64,000 nucleotides of DNA from an uncultured delta proteobacterium (GTDB taxonomy: Bacteria > Desulfobacterota > Binatia > UBA9968). The position numbers and the translations under genes are program-made. Below are positions 31,240 to 46,792 of this stretch, piece after piece. The stretch lies in the NCBI GenBank assembly GCA_963771465.1, contig CAVYTU010000002.1, positions 1 to 64,000 of the forward strand. The letters run 5' to 3'. The notes below the pieces were generated by a model that was given only the letters and a program-made list of their open reading frames with translations, was not told where the DNA came from and did not search any database. Within the stretch, counting starts at the first letter, position 1; the number at the start of each line of letters is the position of its first letter.

Positions 31240-31375
31240 GTTGCACCTCCCATTAATCCTGCCGGCAAGTTTGACCGGCGACGATTCATTGCCGCAACAT
31301 AGTCGGAATTTCGCTTTTTAGCTATCGCCGTTGACAGCGCGGATTGGAATCCGATAGTTTGGACTTCCCCGCTAA

Positions 31376-32287
31376 ATGAAAATTTATCTCTGCTTTGCAT
31401 TCATCGTGCTGAGTTTTTTTCTGGCGCGAATTTCTTATGGCGACTTTACCGGCAAAGGACATGTGCACACGCTCTCAAGGACCACACAGGTCTTTGCGAA
31501 TCTCGACTGCCGTTCGACCGATACCTGCGATCTCAAGAGATTCACGCTGACGAAGCTGGTCAACGAAATTTGGTTCAGCGACAACCCCGATCATCCCACC
31601 CACGCCAACGGCGTGATCATGGAATACGAGACCGATTCAGTAGCTGCGCTCGAGAAATACGCCATCGTTCAATTCAAAAAAGGCTGCGTTTTTGAATTTT
31701 CAACAAATCGCCAAGGCAAGATCCAAAGGAACGTAAGCGATACCGTCGCGAGCTTCGGGGAAAATATTACTTTTTGCTTTCCGCGCTGGGTGATCGATTC
31801 GCAAGACAGCGATCCCGCCTACAACAGCGATCCTTTGTACGGCCGATTTTATTTACTGAGATGGAATAAACCCGGCTCCTACGATAACCGTACGCAGAAA
31901 TACTACGGCGCCGAAAAACCGAAAAAGCCGGTTGTTTACATGGCCGATTATCCCGCCGGCGCTTTCGTTACCGAAACCGGAGTAAGAAATGTCGCTCTGG
32001 AATTCAACACCTGCATCTATAAGGCGAGCGACGTACCCGCCAAGACGCGACGAGACAATCTGGATTTTGCAAAACCCATCAGCTGCTTTGAGTGGCAAAA
32101 TATTTATGTCTACGATTTTGCAACGGCAAGTTTCCGGACGACTCTGGCCGATGTTCCCACATGGGAAGAACCAGCCACGCCTGTAAATCTGTACTCACTC
32201 GTAATCATCGTCATGTGTTCAGCGGCACTCGGGCTGATCATCTTTTTGCTCTCAGGCAAGTTTCGCCGCCAAAAACTTCACTGCTAA
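31376..32287 (+). CDS. Hypothetical exported protein with C-terminal TM anchor
   Basis: Signal peptide, several Cys, TM followed by a basic tail. Confidence 0.7.
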   Translation: MKIYLCFAFIVLSFFLARISYGDFTGKGHVHTLSRTTQVFANLDCRSTDTCDLKRFTLTKLVNEIWFSDNPDHPTHANGVIMEYETDSVAALEKYAIVQFKKGCVFEFSTNRQGKIQRNVSDTVASFGENITFCFPRWVIDSQDSDPAYNSDPLYGRFYLLRWNKPGSYDNRTQKYYGAEKPKKPVVYMADYPAGAFVTETGVRNVALEFNTCIYKASDVPAKTRRDNLDFAKPISCFEWQNIYVYDFATASFRTTLADVPTWEEPATPVNLYSLVIIVMCSAALGLIIFLLSGKFRRQKLHC

Positions 32288-32410
32288 TCTGCAAAACATC
32301 GGTGCGTTGTCGTTTTATTCCCGAGTCCACCGTGAGTCCGCTCTACGGCAAATGAACCCACCACCACATTATCGCACTGCAAGACTTGCCGCCTAATTTC
32401 AATCGGTAGT

Positions 32411-33113
32411 TCATATATCCAGCCCCGCGCCATGCTTCCTCAGCCACTCTTTGCGCTCTTCGTAATCCGGCATCATTTTGTCCACTTCGTTCCAGAAAGC
32501 ATCGGTATGGTCGAGCTGATGCAAATGGCAAAGCTCATGGACAACGATGTAGTCGATAATCGTCGGTGGGGCCATCATGCATTTCCAGTGGAACGCCAAC
32601 TTTCCACTTGGAGAACAAGACGCCCATCGATAGCCGAGTTCCCGGACGTCCATCCCGCGTCAGTTTAACGCCGACTTTCGGAGCGTAATATTTCACTCGC
32701 TCTCGTGATCCGATCTTGTCCGCGTACAACGTAATAGTCGCGAAATGCCGCCTGGGCCGCCGCAACGTCGCCGCGGTCAACGAAATCACGTCGCAAGCAA
32801 AAGCGACCATCTTTCAACTGCACCGGCGCTTCTTGGTCCGCGACCAGTAGAAGGCGATAGGAGCGACCAAGGTACAAAAATCCTTCACCGTTCCGGTATT
32901 CTCGTAGAACGCGAGTCGCGTTGAGATCGCGCCACTCAGCCAGATTCTTGTAGATCCAATAGCGCTTCGCTTCGACAATGTCTTCGATGCGCTCGTCGGG
33001 GAATGTGGCCGGCGCGCGGACAACGATTTTGCCATTCCGCTCGACGACGATATCCGCCGTGGAGCGGCGGCTGCGCACGACTTCGTAGGAGATGTCTTTA
33101 TCGCGTGAGGCTT

Positions 33114-33117
<4 letters not shown>
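32411..33117 (-). CDS. M48/YgjP-like metallopeptidase of type I R-M loci (frameshifted)
   Basis: RWASCS, IDYIVVHELCH HExxH; start overlaps the hsdR stop. Confidence 0.9.
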
Positions 33118-36377
<3,260 letters not shown>

Positions 36378-36401
36378 GGGTCTGGCAGTGCAAGATTCGG
36401 A

Positions 36402-37669
36402 TTATTTTCGTTTTCCTGTTTTGCCTTTTGGTTTCTTGGAACTCTGCTTCCAGGGTGTCTTCGTCACCTCATCCAAATCCAAAGTCAGAGCAGTATCACC
36501 TCCATCGCCGATGGCGGCCACGGTGAAGAGTTCGTCAGGGTAAAACTCTTGCTCTGCGTACCAACTTAGCCCACTTTTGCGCTTCTTAACTTCCGCGAAA
36601 AGTTCATACGCGTCTTCCCCTTCATTTTCAAAGTCGGGGTAAGTTATGAAGGTAACAAATCGGCCACGCGGCGGCGGGCTCCCTTGGGTGCACTCATAAA
36701 ACACGTTGACGGTATAGTAATCCTCGTGCTCCCTGACCGTCGCCGTAAGGCGTCGATGACCGTTATCATCTAATATGCCAAAAAGTTCCTTGTTCGGATC
36801 GTCAAGCTCGTAGTCGTGAATCACCGGGCGATCGCCCGGCGGAATTCGAAACCGCACGGGAAACTCGGGATAAAATTCGCAGAGTCGTCGGCTCGGAATG
36901 CACCACGAAATATGATCTTTCGACAATTCTAGAACCACCAACCCGATAAACGCATTCAAGTCCGATGACCACACCGGCGCTCCACTAAACCCTCCCATCA
37001 CGGACAGCGCGCCGCCGCGATCCATCTGCACTAAGCCCTTGGCATTTGCGGCGTGGAGAAGTCCAGCAGCATTGCGTCCTTGCTGATCGCTTCCCGGAAA
37101 GCCCATTACGGAATAAGCCTTGCCGCCATGCCTCAAAGGACTGGCGAACGACACCGGTTGAATGCTAACGAAAGACAAAGGGTTTAGAATCTCCAGCAAC
37201 GCCAAATCATTTTCCGAGCCATCACGATCTTCGACTTTCATCACCTTGGTTCTTATCTTTGGCTGGCCAACGACACCAATAAGTGTTACGTCCAGCTCTT
37301 TGCCAAGAGGCGTTACTTCCTCGTCGGGATTTTCCTTTTCCAACGCATTGGCAACGACGTGACGACAAGTCAGGATGTGTCGGTGATTGAGCAAACAGGC
37401 TGCTCCAAGAATTTGGCCGTCGAACCGATGCACGGCCACAACGCGAGCCGTCTCTGATCCGTTACGCGCAGGCTTAGCGGCGGTACTTGGTTTGCTTCGA
37501 ATGATTTTGTGGGATCGTATTTGAACGATCCCGGCACATAGACTGTTTCAGGGTAGACAACGCGCGAAGTTGAAGAGGTGTCAGCCGCCTCAAGCATTTT
37601 AGTCGGGTCAGGACGGTTCTCCGGCTCCAGTGCCGGCTTTGGCTTCTTAGTATGAGTCGGTTCTTTCAT
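36402..37669 (-). CDS. Trypsin-like serine protease with C-terminal pYEATS-like domain (probable frameshift near 37450)
   Basis: Triad LTCRHVV, DLALLE, GFSGAPVW; DDPNK..FG...NG.RRLTATV...FTVAAIGDGGDTALTLDL; ATG 37669 overlaps the upstream TAA. Confidence 0.75.
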
Positions 37670-37998
37670 TACTTCGTCTTTTTGTCGTTAGCCCATTTGA
37701 GAGTGATCTTGAAGTTGGCCTTTGCCGAGCCTTCCATGATCATGGGGATACCTCCCTCACCACCCAACTCGAGCCCGAATTCCACTTCTATTTCTGAAGG
37801 ATTGTTGGCAGCAATCAAGGCGTTGCGAATCGTGTCGGCCACGGCGGACAGCGGCTCGAGCTGTTCTCCGAGTTCTTTAGCAACCTTGCGAACAATGTCC
37901 CTCGACGCGTTGCGCGGTATACCTTGATCGTCAGAAGACTCGACTAGAATGAAGTGTTCCTTTTTCTCGGACTTTACCTTGTATGCGACTGTAGCCAT
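37669..37998 (-). CDS. Trypsin-co-occurring domain 1 (Trypco1/CU044_2847 family) protein
   Basis: PSEIEVEFGLELGGEGGIPMIMEGSAKANFKITLKW; GGAG RBS. Confidence 0.85.
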   Translation of the reverse strand: MATVAYKVKSEKKEHFILVESSDDQGIPRNASRDIVRKVAKELGEQLEPLSAVADTIRNALIAANNPSEIEVEFGLELGGEGGIPMIMEGSAKANFKITLKWANDKKTK

Positions 37999-38033
37999 AA
38001 AGCTCCTTTTGTTAATGGGTGTTTGTTTATAGA

Positions 38034-38197
38034 CTTCCGCTGCGCGCCGCCTGCACCATCTGGTCATGCGTCCGCTACCGCTTGTCCAGGAACCGATCGC
38101 AGAATACGTCAGTGCCGTCGTAGATTATCTCCGTCACCTGATACGACTGCAGCCGATAACCGCCGTGCAGCCGCGACGTGGCGTTGTCGCCGCTCAT
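38034..38197 (-). pseudogene. 5' remnant of a four-helix-bundle (IVS-type) protein gene
   Basis: Across frames: HGGYR.LQSYQVTEIIYDGT..FCDRFLDKR..THDQMVQAARSG, then stops abruptly. Confidence 0.7.
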
Positions 38198-39501
38198 CAC
38201 CCGTCCACCTTCACTCGCCCGGTCAGGAGGTCGTGCATGAGGCCGTGTTTTTGTTGGCGGAGTTTAGCGACTTGACGGTTCAGTGAATCAGAATATTTGT
38301 TGAGCACACCGATTCGAGCCTCAATTTCTTGCTGCTCCTCGTGGTTGGGCAGCGCTAATGGAAACCCTTTTAGCTGAGTGGAGTTAATTGAGGCGAGGTT
38401 GGTGGACTGCTTCGAACTCATCACAAAGTATTTTTTTCCGAATTCCGACTGAGACCAATACGCCAAGTAGTTCGATTGGAGCCGACTTGAGTGAGAACGA
38501 ACTCGGAAGACGTGGTTTTGATGGATGCATGGAGTATATCTCTTCGTTCCAAACCGTTCCACGTCCAAGTTTGTCGTAATCGCCCCCTTCGTTCATTAGA
38601 ACATCTCCACGTTTCAGACACAGTTTTTCGAGTTGGTCAAAAGACACTCGAATTGTCTTGATCTCATGCAGGTCAAGATAACCATCTTGCACGTTAGCGA
38701 CTCGAAGATATGGAATTTCTATGCCGAATTTTATCTCGGCTTCTGAACCGAGGGTTACCCCAGAAACAATCTCCGCGAGTGTACCCAACTGCTGTATCTG
38801 CCACTCCTTCGGAATCCAGCCGAGGGGGGATTCTTTGTAGAGTTGCGGCGCTTCGGCGCGGGTGGGGCGGAGTTTGCCGTCAGGCGTGACGCCGCGGGTA
38901 AACAGGTCGTGCATCAGCCCCGCCTTGATCTGCTGATACTTCGCAATCAGCGCCTCCGTCTGCTCAATCGAGCGTCTAGTATCAAGGATATCGGCGATAC
39001 CTTGTTGAACTTCGAGTTTGGAGTGGAAACCTGAGAACGCTCGAAAACGTTCTGATAAAGATGCATCCATTGTTGAGCCCGCCAAATTCAGATTCAGAAA
39101 TTCATCGAACACACTCGACCGAAGTAAGAAGATACAGAAACCGGTGAGTTACACCTTCCGTCCGCGCAGCGAAGTAAGAACACGCCACTAATAAGAACCA
39201 GCGTTCTCAGGGCAATCTGTACACAAAGGCACTTTGCCGATTAGTTCCGTCCACGGAGTGAACAGAGATCGCCGTTGCGGACATGAATGTATGCGCCTGT
39301 CTTGAAATCTTGCTTCGGTGACGTGGTAAAGGAATCCCAGTCAATGCTTCCATTCCGAAAGTCTTGCCAGTGATAAGATGGGGACCGTCGATCGAGAAAT
39401 CGTCGGCGTGCAACTGTGCCAAGGCCAGTTCTGCAATTAACCGCCACTGACGAACTTTGATGGGCGTCTGAGGCCATTACTCTTGGTGACTTGACACAAA
39501 C

Positions 39502-39509
<8 letters not shown>
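38197..39509 (-). CDS. hsdS: Type I R-M specificity subunit S (heavily frameshifted)
   Basis: QQIKAGLMHDLFTRG...LGWIPKEW; YLRVANVQDG; KHGLMHDLLTGRV. Confidence 0.9.
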
Positions 39510-41977
<2,468 letters not shown>

Positions 41978-42164
41978 CAAGAAAACCGAATCGAATTTCT
42001 AATAGTAAATTGTTGCAGATTCTACGCGAAACCGTGCGCGCATGCCAAGTGTTCAACAGTTCAATATTCCATCGTTCCAAACGTTCAGCCACTTCCAAAA
42101 ACAAACAACGCCGCTAACAGTTTCCCGCTAGCGGCGTTCTCAACAATTTTATTACAATTGAAAA

Positions 42165-42868
42165 TCATACCACCGCCTCCTCGCTCGCCTTGGCCGATTG
42201 CTCGATTAGCTGATGCGCCTCTTCCGTGCCGAGGAATCGGTCGATCGCCGCGTGGCCGGCGTAGAGCAGCGGTGTGATACCGACGGCGACAATGAGTTTG
42301 AATGAATAGTTGGACGCCGCCACGGCCAAAAACTCGGCAGTCTTCACCTTGCCCGGCAGCCAGAAAGCAATCCCGATGATGACGATGCTGTCGATCAGTT
42401 GCGAGACCACGGTGGAACCGGTGGCGCGCATCCAGAGATATCGCCCGCCAGTCTTGTGGCGCACTAACCAAAAGATAAAAACATCGATCATCTGACTTAA
42501 AGCAAAGGCGATGACGCTGCCGACGATAATCCACATTGACTGGCCGAACACGGCTTGGAATTGACGTCGCTCACCGGCGAAAACGACACCGCGGGAACCT
42601 GCATCGCCAGGAAGAGCACGATGAACGCATAGACGATCAGACCGATGGTCATGAACGTCAGCCGGCGCACTCCTTCTCGGCCGAAATACTCGTTGATCAA
42701 ATCGGTGGCGATAAAAACCACCGGCCAGGGAATCACGCCGATGCTCAAGGTGAATGGCCCGAAGGTAAATAATTTGCCGCCGGTGAGCTCGCCCAAAATC
42801 GCGTTGGTCACGAAGAAACCGGCCAACGCCATGTAGACGATATCCCTGCGGCTTTGTAGTCCAATCAT
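42165..42868 (-). CDS. yhhQ: Queuosine precursor transporter (YhhQ/VUT family), one frameshift
   Basis: GVIPWPVVFIATDLINEYFG; SQMIDVFIF; RATGSTVVSQLIDS. Confidence 0.85.
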
Positions 42869-42912
42869 AGATGCCTCAATCCGCGCGCAATGAAACGTTA
42901 GGCGCCAACCGC

Positions 42913-43939
42913 TCACTTCATGCCGAGATTCTTAAGAAACCCAGACTTGGTCAGGGCATCGACGAAACTATTGTCGTAGAAATCTTTTGGGTCGGCGTTT
43001 TTGACCTTGGGGAATTCTTTTTCGTCGATGTATTCGAATTGCCCTCTGATCGCCTCGGGACGCACGGCTAGACTCATCGCCCAATAGGGCGCGAAAGCTT
43101 CGTAAGTGCCGTCGATCGTCGGCCCGTCATCGAGCTTCGCGTACTTGGCGATCGCTTTTTTCGCCGCGGCGGGATCTTGTTTCGCCAGCGCGACGCCTTC
43201 AGCGATCGCTTTTAGGAACGCGTAAACGGTATTGGGATTATTTTTGAGATACTTTTCCGTCGCGCCGTAGGCGACTTGGAGGGCCGGGATGTTAAGCTTG
43301 CCGACATCCACCAACAAATTTAATCCAGCATCTTTGGCCTTGATCGTATTCGGTGCCGACAGCGTCCCGGCCGCGGTTTTGCCGCCGAGTATCGAGCTTA
43401 GAATCGCCGGCACCGATTGCACGTAAAGAATTTGCACATCTTTATCCGGCATCAGGCCGTTTTTCTTGAGCGCCTCGCGGGTCGCGGTGTCCAGCGCCGC
43501 GCGCGGCGTGCTGGCAGCAACCGCCTTGCCTTTCAAGTCCCGAATCGTTTTGATCTCCTTGGCCGCCCAAATCTGAAACACCAGCTGCTGGATCGTGCCG
43601 CCAAAATATTTCACCTGCCCGCCGTGCAAGCGCGCATTGATCAAATCGGGTCCATCGGTGTAGAAGTCCGCCTCTTCTGAGATCACCGCCTGGGCCGAAA
43701 CCTGCGGCGTGAGAAGCTGCAAAGTCGCATTCAATCCGTATTTTTTGAACAACCCCGCTTCATGCGCCAGCCAGATCGGCGTAAACGCGCCGCTCGGTTG
43801 CGCATAGGTCACGACCACGTCGGATTTTTCGGGCTTGCCGCCAGCGTCCGCCGCAAAAGAAGAGTGAATCAGCACACACAACCGAGATCAGCAGCAGCGC
43901 AAGAGCCGCTACAAGCCAATTTGATTTACCATGCTGCAT
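42913..43939 (-). CDS. NMT1/SsuA-type ABC substrate-binding protein (frameshift in the signal region)
   Basis: PIWLAHEAGLFKKYGL, DLKGKAVA, FYDNSFV. Confidence 0.85.
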
Positions 43940-43976
43940 CGAACTCACCTCTTACAAACTTTTCTCGGAGACAAAG

Positions 43977-45722
43977 TTAAATCGAAACCATCGATGACCG
44001 CCGCACATCGGCGATCTTCAATTCGACGCTGGTTGCGCCGTTCCACTCGTTCTCGGTCAAGCGATAGACAACGTCCATCTGCTCTCCCGGCATGCCAGGA
44101 TAATCATCGCCGACGCCGAAGATAACGCCGCTGATCACCCGGCCGGCTTGGCGCAAACGGTAGCGCACGCCGGCGGAGAAGACCTTGCGTTCGCAAATCT
44201 CTGCGCCGCTAGTGGTAAACACCGGTTCCGGATTGCCGACGCCGAACGGTTGCAAGATATCCAGCTCGCGCATGAGCGGCATGCCGATGGCGGAAAAATC
44301 CAACTCGGCATCGATCTCAAGCCGCGGCGACAACTGCTCGGGCGAAAGCGTTTGCCGCGCGGCATCTTCAAAAGCTTCAGTAAATCCATCCAACTGCTCC
44401 GGCTTCATCGATAATCCACCGGCGTATTCATGGCCGCCGAATTTTTCCAAACTAACGGCGCAGCGGCGCAGCCCGTCGACCATATGAAAGCCGCGGATGC
44501 TGCGCGCTGAACCCTTGCCGGCGCCGTCATTGAAACCGATGACGACGGTGGGCCGGTAAAACTTTTCGACGATGCGTGACGCGACGATGCCGAGCACACC
44601 GGGATGCCAGCCTTCTCCGGCCAACACCAGCGAATGGCGCTGGCCGCCAGTCATCGCCACGCTCGCCTGCGCCAGCGCTTGCTCTAATACCCGGGCTTCG
44701 ATGGCGCGCCGCTCTAAATTATGCTCTTCCAACTCCTGCGCGATGCGCTCGGCTATCTCCCTCGACTCGGTGGTCAACAACTCGACGACTTTGATGCCGT
44801 AATCCACTCGTCCCGCCGCGTTGATGCGCGGCCCCAAACGAAACCCCACTTGGCCGGCGCTGACTGCGCCCGCCGTGATGCCTGAAACTTGCTTGAGCGC
44901 GACTACGCCGGGGCGCGTTGAGGTAGCCAATTCCTCAAGACCGCGCTTGATCAAAGTACGATTGACGCCTTTGAGCGGCACCATGTCGGCGATGGTGCCG
45001 AGCGTGACGATATCGAGATAGTGGCGAATATCCGGGTCGGCGCCATTCTTGAACCAACCGACATCGCGCAACTTGGCGCGCAGGCCGATGACTAAATAAA
45101 ATGCCAACCCAGCGGCGCACATCCCTTTGTCAGGAAACGTGCAGTCTTTGCGGTGCGGATTGATCACCGCCACCGCCAGCGGAAACTCGTCCGGCGGCTG
45201 ATGATGATCGACAACGACGATGTCGAGACCGAAGGTGCGCGCCGCCGCTACCTCTTTGGCATTAGAAATACCGCAGTCCACGGTGACGACCAGATCGACG
45301 CCGCGCTCTTTGAGCCGCCTTAATCCTTCAGTATTGAGGCCGTAGCCTTCTTCGATGCGATGCGGCACGTGGTAAATCGGTGCCGCGCCGATCTCACGCA
45401 AGAATGAGACGAGCACCGAAGCGCCGGTGGTGCCATCGACGTCGTAGTCGCCCCAGATGCCGATCTGTTCGCTGTTTGTGATCGCGCCGACAATGCGCCG
45501 AACCGCCGGCTCCATGTCAGCCATGATGAATGGCGAAGGCAGGTCTGCGCGCAGGCTGGACGAAAGATAAGTTTTGGCCGCAGCACAATCGGCAAAACCG
45601 CGCAGCGCGAGCATGTGGCCGAGCAGTGGCGAAACACTTAACTGCTGGCAATAATTGGCGACAAGCTGTGGATCGACGTCCTTAAGCACCCAACGTTTGG
45701 CAAGATCATTTGGCATTTCCAA
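43977..45722 (-). CDS. recJ: ssDNA exonuclease RecJ
   Basis: GDYDVDG, TVDCG, DHH, PRINAAGR, GSARS, FGGH. Confidence 0.97.
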   Translation of the reverse strand: MEMPNDLAKRWVLKDVDPQLVANYCQQLSVSPLLGHMLALRGFADCAAAKTYLSSSLRADLPSPFIMADMEPAVRRIVGAITNSEQIGIWGDYDVDGTTGASVLVSFLREIGAAPIYHVPHRIEEGYGLNTEGLRRLKERGVDLVVTVDCGISNAKEVAAARTFGLDIVVVDHHQPPDEFPLAVAVINPHRKDCTFPDKGMCAAGLAFYLVIGLRAKLRDVGWFKNGADPDIRHYLDIVTLGTIADMVPLKGVNRTLIKRGLEELATSTRPGVVALKQVSGITAGAVSAGQVGFRLGPRINAAGRVDYGIKVVELLTTESREIAERIAQELEEHNLERRAIEARVLEQALAQASVAMTGGQRHSLVLAGEGWHPGVLGIVASRIVEKFYRPTVVIGFNDGAGKGSARSIRGFHMVDGLRRCAVSLEKFGGHEYAGGLSMKPEQLDGFTEAFEDAARQTLSPEQLSPRLEIDAELDFSAIGMPLMRELDILQPFGVGNPEPVFTTSGAEICERKVFSAGVRYRLRQAGRVISGVIFGVGDDYPGMPGEQMDVVYRLTENEWNGATSVELKIADVRRSSMVSI

Positions 45723-45741
45723 GTTTTCGCTGGTGCGCTCA

Positions 45742-45831
45742 CGCGCGCTACGATGCTAACCTGCATCCCACGGGTCATGTCTGAGTCGTGGGGTCGCCCA
45801 GCACACCTGTCGCTGAATGTGCTAGCGCGCG
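45742..45831. other. Multi-branched structured element between secF and recJ
   Basis: Closing stem cgcgcgcta/tagcgcgcg enclosing three hairpins. Confidence 0.45.
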
Positions 45832-45859
45832 GTAATTACAACATTGACTTGGGGAAAAG

Positions 45860-46783
45860 CTAACGCCGCAATCTGTCGCCCCACATCAGGATCACCGGAC
45901 TGGCGATAAAGATCGTCGAGTAGACGCCGGAAATAAACCCCACCAGCAAGGCAAAGGCGAACGGCCGGATCACCGCGCCGCCGAGAACATAAAGCGCCGT
46001 CAGCACCAACAAAGCCGTGCCCGTGGTAAGAATCGTCCGGCTCAACGTCTCGTTAATGCTGGTGTTGATAATATTTTCTAGGGTCTCACGTTTGATCTTG
46101 CGCAGGTTCTCGCGAATACGGTCGCAAATCACCACCGTGTCGTTGACCGAAAAGCCGACGATCGTCAGCAGCGCGGCGACGACCGTGAGATCGAATTCGT
46201 AGTTGGCCAGCATCAATGCGCCGACGGTAATTAAAACATCGTGCACGAGGGCGATCACGGCGCCGAGTCCAAAGTTCAAACCAAACCGAGCGCCGAACGC
46301 CGAGGCGAAACGAATCCAGATATACACGCCCATCATGATCGTCGAGGCGATGACCGAAATCGTCGCGCGCCAGCGCAATTCCTCACCGATCTTCGGACCG
46401 ACGAACTCGATCCGGCGAATCTCGAATTTATCGGCGCCAAACTTTTGCGTGAGTGCCTGCTTGATTTGTTCCCCAATGGCGCCGACTTCCAAGCCTACTT
46501 TTTCCACGCGTATCAGGTATTCGTTCAAGTCCTCTTGGCCGAAGTCCTGAATCACGCTGCCGCCGAGTTGGACGCTCTCGAGGGCCTGGCGAATATCTGC
46601 AATCGTCATCTTCTGGTTAAATTTCAACTGCACCATGGTGCCGCCGGCAAAATCCACGCCCAGACTCGGGCCCTTAAAAAACAGAAACGCGAGAACGATG
46701 ACATTGACCACGGTGGATAGGATTACCGCCAGCTTGCGATATTTTGTAAACGGTATCTTGGTTCCGGGCTTGATCAGTTCCAT
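45860..46783 (-). CDS. secF: Protein translocase subunit SecF
   Basis: GVDFAGG, VGPKIG, HDV, SVNDTVVICDRIRE. Confidence 0.97.
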   Translation of the reverse strand: MELIKPGTKIPFTKYRKLAVILSTVVNVIVLAFLFFKGPSLGVDFAGGTMVQLKFNQKMTIADIRQALESVQLGGSVIQDFGQEDLNEYLIRVEKVGLEVGAIGEQIKQALTQKFGADKFEIRRIEFVGPKIGEELRWRATISVIASTIMMGVYIWIRFASAFGARFGLNFGLGAVIALVHDVLITVGALMLANYEFDLTVVAALLTIVGFSVNDTVVICDRIRENLRKIKRETLENIINTSINETLSRTILTTGTALLVLTALYVLGGAVIRPFAFALLVGFISGVYSTIFIASPVILMWGDRLRR

Positions 46784-46792
46784 TGGATTTTC

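Noticed and set aside
30271-31302. 343 aa plus-strand ORF and similar long antisense ORFs (41153-42277, 52568-53227)
   Set aside because: Shadow frames of well-supported GC-rich genes on the opposite strand
42020-42050. sigma54 promoter for hsdM
   Set aside because: TGGCA present but GG-N10-GC spacing is not met
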